From a virus, in the IMG/VR virus record IMGVR_UViG_3300044568_002523: a stretch of DNA of 64,000 nucleotides, one strand, 5' to 3'. The notes beneath the pieces are model-generated. The model was not told the origin of the DNA, did no database searches, and worked only from the letters and a program-made list of their open reading frames with translations. Position 1 is the first letter of the stretch. Each line of letters begins with the position of its first letter. Shown here one piece after another: positions 27,753 to 37,094 of the stretch. A program made the translations under genes and the position numbers.

Positions 27753-29158
27753 TGAAAAAACTTATAAAAGAAAGTGGGGTAAGAGATATTAATGCTCTTG
27801 CAAAACGATATCCCAAAGCTGAAATATATTTTCATCAAGATTTAGATGGTGTGACAACTGCGATTGCTATGAAAAAATACCTTGAAAGTAATGGTATTAA
27901 AGTGGTTGATGCTCATATCATTCAATATGGTGATAAAGAGTTTGCTGTGAAGAAGAATGATGCAAAAGGTGATGTGATGCCGGTCTTAGTTGATTTTGCT
28001 CACGGAAAACCAATGTTTGTTATTCACACGGACCACCACGATAGACAAGCCGGGGCGGAAGATACTAAGTCAACTTCGTTTAGACATTCTCGTTCAAATG
28101 TTGAAACAATTTCTCAGGTTGTTTCACCGAAAGAATTGTTTCCATCTTCAGATATATTATTAATCTCTACCGTTGATTCTGCAAACTATGCCTCTAATAA
28201 CATTTCGGTGGATGAGGTAATATCTTATCTATTCAGATTAGACAAAGAAAAATCATTAGAAAAAAATAAAATGTTAATGGGTTTGGTTGTTAACAAACTA
28301 TTATTGGCATTTAAAAATAAACCAGAGTTTTTAGAAACGTTGGTTATGGAATGTTCACCATCTTTATTAAACATTCTTCACACAATTAAAAGAATAATGG
28401 TTGAGAAGGGTTATGCTAAACCGGAACAACTTGAAAAAAATAAAGATGAGTATGTTAAGTCAATGCAGGACAATCCGAATGTTAAAGTATTGGATAATAT
28501 AATTGTTCAGTATGGTGGTGGGTCAATGTTTAAGCCAGGTTCTTATGACAGATATACACCATTCAAAAACAATCCGGAGGCTGATTTTATTGTTATTGCT
28601 TGGCCTTTAGGGTTAGTTCAAGCGTCTTGTAATCCATTCAAAGGTGAACGTCAATTGAAAGGTGTTAATTTAGGTGAGATAGCTCAAGAAGTTTTATCTA
28701 AATGGGAAGACCAATTAAAACAAAGAGAGATACCATTATCAACTATTAAATGGATATCAGAATCTTCAAGAGATTTTAATAAAGAATCAACCGGATTTAC
28801 ATTCAAAGATTTTGTTGCGTTATATGGTAAAGAATATAAAACAATGGAAGATGGTCGTGAAAAATTATATCACATTGGTGAAATGATGGAAAAACCTTTT
28901 TCTCAATTACCTGAAAAACATAGAAAAATGTTGGATGACATTAAAGTTAATGCTTGGGACTTTATCCAAGCAAATAGTGGAGGACACAAATGTATTACAA
29001 ATATATCAGGATTAAATTTTATGGGTAGAAGTACTCGTCCACCAAAAGGAAGTGATGGGTATAATAGAGAATCAGAAGACACTCCTTATATTAAGTTTAC
29101 TAAAATGATTCAGAATGAGTTTGTAAAATTATTACAGGAGAAGATAAATCAATCGTAG
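27752..29158 (+). CDS. DHH-DHHA1 family phosphoesterase (NrnA/RecJ-core-like)
   Basis: Motifs FHQDLDG (I), VLVDFAHG (II), IHTDHHD (III) and ANSGGHK (DHHA1 GGGH). Confidence 0.65.
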   Translation: MKKLIKESGVRDINALAKRYPKAEIYFHQDLDGVTTAIAMKKYLESNGIKVVDAHIIQYGDKEFAVKKNDAKGDVMPVLVDFAHGKPMFVIHTDHHDRQAGAEDTKSTSFRHSRSNVETISQVVSPKELFPSSDILLISTVDSANYASNNISVDEVISYLFRLDKEKSLEKNKMLMGLVVNKLLLAFKNKPEFLETLVMECSPSLLNILHTIKRIMVEKGYAKPEQLEKNKDEYVKSMQDNPNVKVLDNIIVQYGGGSMFKPGSYDRYTPFKNNPEADFIVIAWPLGLVQASCNPFKGERQLKGVNLGEIAQEVLSKWEDQLKQREIPLSTIKWISESSRDFNKESTGFTFKDFVALYGKEYKTMEDGREKLYHIGEMMEKPFSQLPEKHRKMLDDIKVNAWDFIQANSGGHKCITNISGLNFMGRSTRPPKGSDGYNRESEDTPYIKFTKMIQNEFVKLLQEKINQS

Positions 29159-29514
29159 TGAATAACTTTATCACCGGATTTAATACCTAATTTTTTACAG
29201 GTTCCACCTTGAAGTTCAAGTATCATATCACCTTCACCACAATAGTTTCTACAATCTTTGGTTTTACAAGGGGGACAGTTGTTGTGAATTTTTGTTATAA
29301 TGTCATCTTCAATCATAATGATGTCCAATGGTATTATACAATTTTTCATCCAAAAGCAGTGTTGACCTTCGGACATAATAAATAACATACCATTAAAGGT
29401 ATCATCAAATCTTTTGTTCATCATACCTTGACTAGTGTCTTTGGATGATATAACAGTTTTGACTTTGAATTTATTTTTGTTTATAGTTAATTCCATATAC
29501 ATATAAATACACAA
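29149..29514 (-). CDS. DUF192 family protein
   Basis: GMLFIMSEGQHCFWMKNCIIPLDIIMIED matches the DUF192 core (GMLF…FWMKNT.IPLDI.F.D). Confidence 0.5.
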   Translation of the reverse strand: MCIYMYMELTINKNKFKVKTVISSKDTSQGMMNKRFDDTFNGMLFIMSEGQHCFWMKNCIIPLDIIMIEDDIITKIHNNCPPCKTKDCRNYCGEGDMILELQGGTCKKLGIKSGDKVIHYD

Positions 29515-29525
29515 AAAAATATAAA

Positions 29526-29951
29526 ATGAAAAAAGTTAAACGATATTCCGGTGTAATTGTCAAATGTGGTGATGAGGTATTGTTGTGTAAAAGAAACTCA
29601 ACAGGTAGTTTGCCCGGACAATGGAGTATTCCTTGTGGTCATTTGGAAGACGATGAACATCCGATGGATGGAATTATGCGTGAATTTGAAGAAGAAACAA
29701 ATTATACATTAGATAATGATTTAAAATTAGTTGGGTTTGTTAAGAGATATAATCGTGATGGTTCGGAGATTAAAGGGTTGATGTATGTGTTTATGATGGA
29801 GACGGATGAGAGAATCAATCCGGACTTGGAAAACGCTATCGATGGTGATGAACACTCTATGTGTGGTTACTTTGACCTTGAAAATTTACCATTTGATGAT
29901 AAAAGTGACCAATTATGTAGATTAATTACGAGAATCTTAAAAAAAGATTGA
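29526..29951 (+). CDS. Nudix hydrolase
   Basis: Nudix box GHLEDDEHPMDGIMREFEEETN (G-x5-E-x7-REUxEExGU). Confidence 0.75.
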   Translation: MKKVKRYSGVIVKCGDEVLLCKRNSTGSLPGQWSIPCGHLEDDEHPMDGIMREFEEETNYTLDNDLKLVGFVKRYNRDGSEIKGLMYVFMMETDERINPDLENAIDGDEHSMCGYFDLENLPFDDKSDQLCRLITRILKKD

Positions 29952-30026
29952 CTTTTCTAATTTTATTGTATATTTATAATCTCATAAGCCAACAGCCCCT
30001 TTCTTATGGTTGGACTTTATTTAAAA

Positions 30027-30062
30027 CCCTCAACAGAGTAAATTTTGTTGAGGTTTTTTTTG
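30027..30062 (+). terminator. rho-independent terminator
   Basis: CCCTCAAC…GTTGAGG stem followed by T9. Confidence 0.7.
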
Positions 30063-30089
30063 TTTATATCAAAAATAGTGTTATCTTTG
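30059..30089 (+). promoter_or_regulatory. Bacteroidetes-type promoter (TTTG-N19-TATCTTTG)
   Basis: TTTG at 30059-30062 and TATCTTTG at 30082-30089. The ATG at 30113 follows. Confidence 0.6.
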
Positions 30090-30112
30090 TCGGGAATTTA
30101 ATTTATAAAATT

Positions 30113-30619
30113 ATGGAAGTATTAGGTATTCTTTTAGGTATTATTTTGGTAATTGTTGTTTTAATTGGTGTTTTTAGTTTTGTCCAAAACAAAAACAGAA
30201 AGGCTCGATGTAAAAATTGGAAAGTTGGTGATAAATTATCTTTGATTAGAGGTGATTACCACAGAATTTTAGAACAAAACAATAAAGAATTGGCGACCCT
30301 TGAAGGATGGGATTTGGATAATCTTTATATTAATTGTGGTAATAATATGACATATCAAGTTAATTGGGGTGTAATGAATTTTAACAAATCTGCAACTTGG
30401 AGAAAAAATTATGAAGATGCTAAGAAAGTAATGGGTTGTGAGCCCGGATTTACTGGTGGTGTTAGTGAAGGTAGTAAATCTACCGGTAAAAAAGTTGATG
30501 GTAAACCAATTGATTTAATGAATGAGATTGAGTGTGAGGTGTATTTGAAACAAGCGTTGGAAAACGAAGATTACGATACAGCTGAGTTAATTAAAAAAAG
30601 AATGGAAAAATTTAGATAA
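30113..30619 (+). CDS. membrane-anchored protein (start refined to MEVLGILLGIIL)
   Basis: The ORF-track start lies inside the terminator/promoter. The internal ATG follows the promoter. N-terminal TM segment. Confidence 0.5.
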   Translation: MEVLGILLGIILVIVVLIGVFSFVQNKNRKARCKNWKVGDKLSLIRGDYHRILEQNNKELATLEGWDLDNLYINCGNNMTYQVNWGVMNFNKSATWRKNYEDAKKVMGCEPGFTGGVSEGSKSTGKKVDGKPIDLMNEIECEVYLKQALENEDYDTAELIKKRMEKFR

Positions 30620-30620
30620 T

Positions 30621-30875
30621 ATGAGAAATTGGGTATTTGTGTTTGTAATAGTTGTTTTTGCGGTTATTATTGGTGTTGTTGGTTATAGAGGGTTTTTGAT
30701 TGGTGAGATAAAAAAAGGTGGACACCTATATGAAATTACCATTCCGGGTAACAAACGTCAAGAGACAAGTTTCTACACTGATAAGTATGTGGAGAAAGAC
30801 GGATGTATAACATTCAAAGATGAGTTTGGTAGGTCACATAGAATATGTGGTATGTATAACATTACAGAGTATTAA
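30621..30875 (+). CDS. small membrane protein
   Basis: 84 aa with N-terminal TM segment. Confidence 0.4.
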   Translation: MRNWVFVFVIVVFAVIIGVVGYRGFLIGEIKKGGHLYEITIPGNKRQETSFYTDKYVEKDGCITFKDEFGRSHRICGMYNITEY

Positions 30876-30876
30876 G

Positions 30877-31137
30877 ATGGTAAAATTAATATACAGATAC
30901 GATTGGGGTGGAGAACCTTGTGGTGGAACAGAATATGTACCTTTTGAATATAAAGGGAAAGATGAGTTTGTATACGATGTCTTAAAAAGATTCAATAAAA
31001 AATACTTCAAAGAACATAATTACGCCGAAATATTGGGACAGTATCTAAATGAGGGTGATATCAATGATATTGAACATAATGTTTTAACATTAGAAGAGTG
31101 GTTTAGTAAAAGAAAAGAAATTACATTTGCGTTGTAG
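30877..31137 (+). CDS. hypothetical protein (start refined to MVKLIYRYD)
   Basis: The ATG lies immediately after the previous stop. Confidence 0.4.
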   Translation: MVKLIYRYDWGGEPCGGTEYVPFEYKGKDEFVYDVLKRFNKKYFKEHNYAEILGQYLNEGDINDIEHNVLTLEEWFSKRKEITFAL

Positions 31138-31152
31138 AAAAAATACAAAAAC

Positions 31153-31183
31153 TTTGTTATTGTAAAAAATAGTATTATCTTTG
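31153..31183 (+). promoter_or_regulatory. Bacteroidetes-type promoter (TTTG-N19-TATCTTTG)
   Basis: TTTG at 31153-31156 and TATCTTTG at 31176-31183. The ATG at 31199 follows. Confidence 0.6.
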
Positions 31184-31198
31184 TCAAAAATATAACAT

Positions 31199-31474
31199 AT
31201 GACAACAACAAATTATACAGTTAAAATTGAGAACGAAATGTTCGGGAAACTATTACACGAGACATTCGTGGATGCAACTCAATTCAAGTTATTCTTGAAG
31301 ATGGTTCAGGGTTGTCTTGAATTGAAAAATGATTTGACTTTCTTCAACGGAAGTGACTTCTTAATTCACGTTCCATTCAAGTATTTGGTTGATTCGGTTA
31401 TTGTTACATCAACATTTGAGATGACATTGGCTGACCATATGAGAAGTAAAGTAGAGGCGTTAGTAACTAAATAA
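31199..31474 (+). CDS. hypothetical protein
   Basis: 91-aa ORF. Confidence 0.45.
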   Translation: MTTTNYTVKIENEMFGKLLHETFVDATQFKLFLKMVQGCLELKNDLTFFNGSDFLIHVPFKYLVDSVIVTSTFEMTLADHMRSKVEALVTK

Positions 31475-31483
31475 TAATAAGGT

Positions 31484-31984
31484 ATGAGTACAAATTATTT
31501 TCGTATACCGAAACAAAAAGTTGTTAGAGAGAAATACCTTGACTTGGTTGAGAAGATAAATGATTTGGACATATGGTGTCCGGAAAACATTTATAATGAA
31601 TTTAGAACCATTGAAAAAGGTTTTGAAAGATGGTCTCCTTGGGATGAGTTCATTGATGGGTTGAAGATTCATATTGGTAAACGCTCAGGTGGTTGGAAAT
31701 TCCTATGGAACTTTCAAGATAATAAATTCTACAATAATAAGGAAGAACTATTAAAGTTCATCCGTTCAGGTAGAATTGTTGATGAGTATGGTGAATTACA
31801 AGACACCGAAGAGTTCATTAAGATGGCTTTGGAATGGGGACAACCTAATGGTCACGTATATGATAAGAATTATTTGGATGAACAAATTAAGACAACTAAT
31901 TATAGACCCTTTACAAATATGTCAAAGTATTATGACAAAGAAATAGATGGTCTTAGAGTGGCATCAACAGTTGAGTTTTCCTAG
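31484..31984 (+). CDS. hypothetical protein
   Basis: 166-aa ORF. Confidence 0.5.
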   Translation: MSTNYFRIPKQKVVREKYLDLVEKINDLDIWCPENIYNEFRTIEKGFERWSPWDEFIDGLKIHIGKRSGGWKFLWNFQDNKFYNNKEELLKFIRSGRIVDEYGELQDTEEFIKMALEWGQPNGHVYDKNYLDEQIKTTNYRPFTNMSKYYDKEIDGLRVASTVEFS

Positions 31985-32039
31985 TTCTCACAAAACAGGA
32001 TGGTGGAGTCGCCGACATTTCAGTCGGCCCTAAAATTAA

Positions 32040-32065
32040 CCCTCACATAAAGTGGGGGTTTTTTG
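32040..32065 (+). terminator. rho-independent terminator (preceded by a second hairpin at 32009-32029)
   Basis: CCCTCAC-ATAAA-GTGGGGG (one G-U pair) followed by T6. Confidence 0.7.
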
Positions 32066-32073
32066 TTTTCTAT

Positions 32074-32086
32074 GATATTTATAAAT
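32074..32086 (+). promoter_or_regulatory. GATATTTATAAATAAAA element (class 2, extended)
   Basis: Same 17-mer as at 27359. The ATG at 32096 lies 13 nt downstream. Confidence 0.45.
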
Positions 32087-32095
32087 AAAATATGT

Positions 32096-32416
32096 ATGAA
32101 GGATATTATATTAACAGAAAAACAACTTGAAAAGTTGGTTACCAAAATGAAAACCATTAAAGAAGGTGAAGGTAGTGGTTCATATATGGCTCGGCAACAG
32201 TTATACGTAATTGCTAAGATGGCTGAAAAAATGTGGGAGAAGATGGAAGAAAACGAATCAGAAACTTTGGACGATTGGATGGAAAGTAAAATAGCTCAAG
32301 CGGAACAAAGTATTTCATCAGTAGTTAAAGCATATATGTATGACGAATTGAAAGACGATAAAGAGATTGGTGGGATGAATAAACTAGGGTTTGACGACCT
32401 GATAATAGGAAAATAA
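32096..32416 (+). CDS. hypothetical protein with MKDIILTE N-terminal motif (start refined)
   Basis: The track ORF starts inside the promoter element. The internal ATG at 32096 gives the family-type N-terminus. Confidence 0.5.
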   Translation: MKDIILTEKQLEKLVTKMKTIKEGEGSGSYMARQQLYVIAKMAEKMWEKMEENESETLDDWMESKIAQAEQSISSVVKAYMYDELKDDKEIGGMNKLGFDDLIIGK

Positions 32417-32417
32417 A

Positions 32418-33014
32418 ATGGCGGAAGACACATTAAAAGATAAATTTATGGACAACATTAAAAAAATGGATTCATCAAAAGAAACCAAAGAAGAAACTAA
32501 ACCAACTGAAACAAAAACAAATGGTATTGAGTTATATAAATTGGATTCTAAGACAATTCAAATATTAACAGACAGAATTAAGGATGAGTATATTGCTCAT
32601 TACTATTACAGAGCGGCGGCTAATTGGTGTCAAGATATGAACTATAAAAAAGCTGCAGAGTTTTTCAAAAATGAGGCTGACGATGAATTAACTCACGCTA
32701 AAGGTATTCAGGAGTATATGGTGGATTTTAATATCATCCCGGAAATACCACAAGCACCAACATCACATAGTTTTGATAGTTTGGTTGATATTATTTACGG
32801 AGCATATAAAATTGAGTTAGCTCTTATGAAAGAATATAACAAAAACTCTCAAGATTTATTTACATCAGACATCACAACATTTGACTTCTTAAAGAAATAT
32901 AGAAAATTCCAAAAAGGTGCTGTTGTTGAGTATAATGATTTAATAAACGCAATTGATTTGATTGACAAAACAGATAAATTCCAAGTGTTATACTTTGAAC
33001 AAACTTATTTCTAA
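32418..33014 (+). CDS. ferritin-like diiron protein
   Basis: EYIAHYYYRAAANWCQDMNYKKAAEFFKNEADDELTHAKGIQEYM shows a ferritin-like helix pair with an ExxH site. Confidence 0.6.
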   Translation: MAEDTLKDKFMDNIKKMDSSKETKEETKPTETKTNGIELYKLDSKTIQILTDRIKDEYIAHYYYRAAANWCQDMNYKKAAEFFKNEADDELTHAKGIQEYMVDFNIIPEIPQAPTSHSFDSLVDIIYGAYKIELALMKEYNKNSQDLFTSDITTFDFLKKYRKFQKGAVVEYNDLINAIDLIDKTDKFQVLYFEQTYF

Positions 33015-33015
33015 T

Positions 33016-33936
33016 ATGAAAGATTTAATTAGACGTATATTAAAAGAAGAACAAGAAAATCCTTTGAGTAGAAGGGAGATATCTTTATTCAAATATATTA
33101 ATGATAACAAACAGGATGCTAAAACCAAAAAAGTTTTAATTAATTTAATTGAGGAGGCTTTGAGGTATTTTGCCTTACCGGTAAGTGACGCTAATATGTA
33201 TTACGAAATGTATACGGCTAACTTCAGACCGGATGGTGATTATGAAAACATAACAAAAGAGAACTTCAAGGACTACAGACAATTTAAAAAACAAAAAACA
33301 CCTAATAACTCGGCTTATGAATATGCTTCAGCCAAAGTACCTTTTAAAGGTTCAAATATTGAAGGTGAATGGGATACAAATCGTAAAAACGAATGGTATT
33401 ATGTTATTAAATCTTATGGATGGTATCCAATCTTTTTATTCATAAATAATCAGTGGTATAGAACTTTAGATACATATTCTAGTACGACAAGAAAACATAT
33501 GAGTCATTCAAACCCGGTTAGATACAATTCAGGATTACAGGCAAATGTTATAGATGTTTCCCAATATGAAATTGAACGTCTTATGGATGGTACTTATACT
33601 TTAAATGACGTTGAAACTCAAAGAGTTAGTGATTTTGTGAGAAATAAAGATAAATTTATTGGTGTTAAAAAATTGATTAGTGGTGGTTATGGTGATACTG
33701 CTCATAGGGTTAGTTTTATTATTACAGACATTAATGAAGATGATGGTAAGATTAAAATATTTGTTAAGATTAACAAAGCTGGTAGAATGGAAGGTAGAAA
33801 AATGGTTGCTGACCCGGACTATCAAAATAACCCCCAATTAGTGAGTAGTATTGAGAATACAATTAAACAGGATATAATGAGGGATTATCCAAAGTATTTA
33901 ACAAGTAAGAATACTGAAATAGAAATAATACATTAA
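33016..33936 (+). CDS. hypothetical protein with MKDLIRRILKEE N-terminal motif (start refined)
   Basis: ATG immediately after the ferritin-like stop. 306 aa. Confidence 0.55.
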   Translation: MKDLIRRILKEEQENPLSRREISLFKYINDNKQDAKTKKVLINLIEEALRYFALPVSDANMYYEMYTANFRPDGDYENITKENFKDYRQFKKQKTPNNSAYEYASAKVPFKGSNIEGEWDTNRKNEWYYVIKSYGWYPIFLFINNQWYRTLDTYSSTTRKHMSHSNPVRYNSGLQANVIDVSQYEIERLMDGTYTLNDVETQRVSDFVRNKDKFIGVKKLISGGYGDTAHRVSFIITDINEDDGKIKIFVKINKAGRMEGRKMVADPDYQNNPQLVSSIENTIKQDIMRDYPKYLTSKNTEIEIIH

Positions 33937-33937
33937 A

Positions 33938-33963
33938 AGAGGAACATTTAGTTCCTTTTTTTT
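33938..33963 (+). terminator. rho-independent terminator
   Basis: AGGAAC-ATTTA-GTTCCT followed by T9. Confidence 0.7.
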
Positions 33964-33991
33964 GTTTATATGAAATAAAGTATTATCTTTG
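33961..33991 (+). promoter_or_regulatory. Bacteroidetes-type promoter (TTTG-N19-TATCTTTG), possibly producing a leaderless mRNA
   Basis: The -7 box ends at 33991 and the ATG is at 33996. Confidence 0.55.
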
Positions 33992-33995
33992 TACT

Positions 33996-34331
33996 ATGAA
34001 TCCATATCCTAAAAGATTACAGTTACTTATTAAAGAAGTTTATAAGGAGTTCCCCCAAATGAGGAGGCACCCGCAATACCGGTTCTTTTATTTACATTAT
34101 GGATATCCTGAGGTTAGGGAGTATTTTTTTGTTTTAACCGAGAATATTCCGGAATCAGAAAATGATACATTTTTGAGTTTTGTTAATACTACAGCAAGAA
34201 CTTTTGGGTTTATTGAGGGGGTGCTTATGAAACCGAATCATTTTGAAAAATTTATTATGAAACCTATAACTGAAAGTATAAATGAATTACGTGGTAGTGA
34301 GTTCAAAACTTTTGGATATGAGGTGTGGTAA
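33996..34331 (+). CDS. hypothetical protein
   Basis: 111-aa ORF. An alternative start is the internal Met at 34059. Confidence 0.45.
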   Translation: MNPYPKRLQLLIKEVYKEFPQMRRHPQYRFFYLHYGYPEVREYFFVLTENIPESENDTFLSFVNTTARTFGFIEGVLMKPNHFEKFIMKPITESINELRGSEFKTFGYEVW

Positions 34332-34387
34332 TTTGACTTTTGAAAAAAAATAGGTTATAATATACAAACAAACAATAAAACAAATTT

Positions 34388-34825
34388 ATGAACGTTAAGA
34401 AAGCTCTTAAAGAAAAAAACCGATTGGTTAAGGAAATCCAAGAACTTTATACTAGATTGTCTCAGTACAATTCAGTAGAGGTTGGAAATGTGAGACCATA
34501 TTCTCCTAAAGATATGCTTGAGCAAATCAATGAGAAAAGTAATGAGTTGGTGGAACTTAAAACCAAAATCCACAAGGCTAACACTCCGGTGTATGATAAA
34601 ATATTCAGATTGTCTGAATTAAAATCTACAATTTCGAGATTAAAATCTTTGGATTGTACTGAAGGTGTGAGTGATGATTACTACTCACGAAATAGAGAGA
34701 ATCCACCGGTAAAAACTGCTGAGGTATCAGTGGTTGAGAGAGATGAGATGGTAAAATTTATGGAGAAACAAATTGAGGTACTTCAGGATATTTTGGATTA
34801 CCATAATCAGAATACCGAAATATAA
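34388..34825 (+). CDS. hypothetical coiled-coil protein
   Basis: 145-aa ORF. Confidence 0.5.
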   Translation: MNVKKALKEKNRLVKEIQELYTRLSQYNSVEVGNVRPYSPKDMLEQINEKSNELVELKTKIHKANTPVYDKIFRLSELKSTISRLKSLDCTEGVSDDYYSRNRENPPVKTAEVSVVERDEMVKFMEKQIEVLQDILDYHNQNTEI

Positions 34826-35067
34826 TAGTTCAGAGTTCGGGAGGGATTTAATAAGACAAGATGGTAACTACCATTTCCCTACAAATTATTCAGAAAGCGT
34901 TGATAAATGATTGTGATGAAGACGGACATTCAAAACTCAAGATTCAAATTCTCAAACCTAAACGGTCAAAACTTAAAACTCTTTTAGATTTTTATTATTG
35001 AACTTCCAACCTGACTATAAAAAAACCCCTTGAGAAATCAGGGGGTTTAATATTAAATTTAAAATAT

Positions 35068-35985
35068 ATGAGAATAATTGTAACAGGTGGAGCTGGATTT
35101 ATTGGGTCGGCATTCATTAATTACCTTAAAGGTAACTACCAATGTGATGTTGTATGTGTTGATAATTTGTCGTATTGTGGTGATAAAGACAATATAAAAT
35201 ATGATGTTGAATTTATTGAAAAAGATATTTGTGATGTTACTTCAGAAGATTTGGGTGACTACGATTATTTGGTTCATTTTGCTGCGGAATCTCACGTAGA
35301 TAACTCAATTAAAAACGGATTACCGTTTGTTAAAACAAATGTTCAGGGTACATTTAATTTATTGGAATGTGCTAGAAAAAACGGTAATTTAAAAAAGTTT
35401 GTTCATATTTCAACCGATGAGGTTTATGGTGATATGGATAAAGATGTTAATAAGACATCAAATGAAGAACATCCAATTCAACCAAGTTCTTATTATTCAT
35501 CAACAAAAGCGTCTTCCGATTTATTAGTTTTATCTGCTCATAGAACTTATGGTTTACCATATTTAATGACAAGAACTTGTAATAATTTTGGTGAGCATCA
35601 GTATGAAGAGAAATTTTTACCAAAGATTTATGAATGTGTTAAAATGGGTAAAGAAGTTCCGGTTTATGGTGATGGAGAACAAGTTAGAGAATGGATTTAT
35701 GTTTATGATAATGTAAGAGTTATAACTGATTTAATGTTGGATAATGAAGTAATTAATGATGTGTATAACATAGGTTCAGGTATCAGATATAAAAATATTG
35801 ATTTGATTAATATTATATCAAACATATTAAATAAAAAAGTTAACTATAAATTTGTTGAGGATAGATTGGGTCACGATAGAGCTTATCGTTTGAATTGTTC
35901 TAAATTAAATGAATATTATAAAAAAAGAGATGAGTCTGTGGTTTATAAAAAAATAAGTGATTACTTATTAGAGTTATATAAATAA
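35068..35985 (+). CDS. dTDP-glucose 4,6-dehydratase-like NAD-dependent epimerase/dehydratase (extended SDR)
   Basis: MRIIVTGGAGFIGSAF Rossmann start, an NDP-sugar dehydratase-like HFAAESHVDNS segment and catalytic YSSTK (YxxxK). Confidence 0.8.
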   Translation: MRIIVTGGAGFIGSAFINYLKGNYQCDVVCVDNLSYCGDKDNIKYDVEFIEKDICDVTSEDLGDYDYLVHFAAESHVDNSIKNGLPFVKTNVQGTFNLLECARKNGNLKKFVHISTDEVYGDMDKDVNKTSNEEHPIQPSSYYSSTKASSDLLVLSAHRTYGLPYLMTRTCNNFGEHQYEEKFLPKIYECVKMGKEVPVYGDGEQVREWIYVYDNVRVITDLMLDNEVINDVYNIGSGIRYKNIDLINIISNILNKKVNYKFVEDRLGHDRAYRLNCSKLNEYYKKRDESVVYKKISDYLLELYK

Positions 35986-35989
35986 AAAA

Positions 35990-36020
35990 ACCCTCACTTC
36001 GGTGGGGGTTTTGTATTTTT
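35990..36020. terminator. bidirectional rho-independent terminator
   Basis: CCCTCAC-TTCG-GTGGGGG followed by TTTTGTATTTTT, with an A-run on the other side. Lies between convergent genes. Confidence 0.75.
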
Positions 36021-36720
36021 AGAAACGTATCTTAAAGTCCAATGGGACGTTAACATTTTCTTCGTAGTTTTGTTCTAAATTTAAATAAATTTCTGAATCT
36101 TTTGGGCTAAATATAAAACTACCTTGACCACCTTCATTGTTATACCAATCTACATTAGTTTCTTCTAACCATTTATATAACATATCTTCGATAAGTGTTG
36201 GAATATTTTCCGAAGACCCGTTGATATACATATCGCTATCTAAAGCCCCACTATCACCACCACCTTGAAATCTTGCTTCACCTTCACCATTTTCACCAAT
36301 TTGTTCAAATAATCTTAAAACTTCATTATATGTTACTTCATCGTAATCTTCTGAAATTTCTTCTAAAGTTTTTGAGAAATCAAATCCGTTACTTTCAAAT
36401 ACCCACTGAGTTGCGGTTACTGTCAATGTTCTGTCAATACAATCAATTTCAATCTCTAATTGTCCTCTAAGCTCACAATCTGTGGTGGCATTTTCAATTA
36501 ATTCATTAGTTTCAAGTATTTCTTTTAAAACTTCATCAATTTTTTCATAAGTTTCGATTGCTATACTTGTTTCGGGTGAACGAAAATAATCATCTTCATA
36601 TTCAATCTCACAATATTCTATATAATAATCTTTAGTTGCCGTTTCAGCTCCATATGAGTTTAGATAAAGAGCGAATAGTTTTAATGATTTTAATTGTTCT
36701 TCAGTAACTTGTGGTTGCAT
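36019..36720 (-). CDS. hypothetical acidic protein
   Basis: 233-aa ORF. Confidence 0.55.
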   Translation of the reverse strand: MQPQVTEEQLKSLKLFALYLNSYGAETATKDYYIEYCEIEYEDDYFRSPETSIAIETYEKIDEVLKEILETNELIENATTDCELRGQLEIEIDCIDRTLTVTATQWVFESNGFDFSKTLEEISEDYDEVTYNEVLRLFEQIGENGEGEARFQGGGDSGALDSDMYINGSSENIPTLIEDMLYKWLEETNVDWYNNEGGQGSFIFSPKDSEIYLNLEQNYEENVNVPLDFKIRF

Positions 36721-36743
36721 AATTCTTTTTTATTATAAATATG

Positions 36744-37094
36744 TTAATCTACATTAATGTCTAGTGTTCTTATCATCCACATAGGTTTTTCTTTCGCATC
36801 TATTGCTAATATCCACTCACGGGCTGTAGGGATATAATTATAACAATCCTCTTTTACGTGTTGTTCACCTACATAACGAGTATAGACAACTTTTCCGTCA
36901 CTATTTGTGAACATTGGACCAAACTTCTCTTCCATTTCAAATATTCCCTCAGAGTGATGTCTCCACATTCTATGTAATGAGTGGCCATACCACGATTTTG
37001 TTTGGTCAAACCAATTATGTATGTGGATATAATCTTCCCATATCCCACCAAACTTTTTGGCGGATGATTTTGCGTGTAAAATTGGGTGACTCAT
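36744..37094 (-). CDS. hypothetical His/Trp-rich protein
   Basis: 116-aa ORF. The overlapping ORFs at 36869-37236 are judged spurious. Confidence 0.5.
   Translation of the reverse strand: MSHPILHAKSSAKKFGGIWEDYIHIHNWFDQTKSWYGHSLHRMWRHHSEGIFEMEEKFGPMFTNSDGKVVYTRYVGEQHVKEDCYNYIPTAREWILAIDAKEKPMWMIRTLDINVD

Noticed and set aside
34858-34998. 46-aa ORF (MVTTISLQIIQKAL…) in the 240-bp gap before the dehydratase gene
   Set aside because: No promoter motif or family-type N-terminus, and the composition is indistinguishable from the intergenic background. It is left uncalled, but the gap at 34826-35067 could also hold a regulatory RNA.
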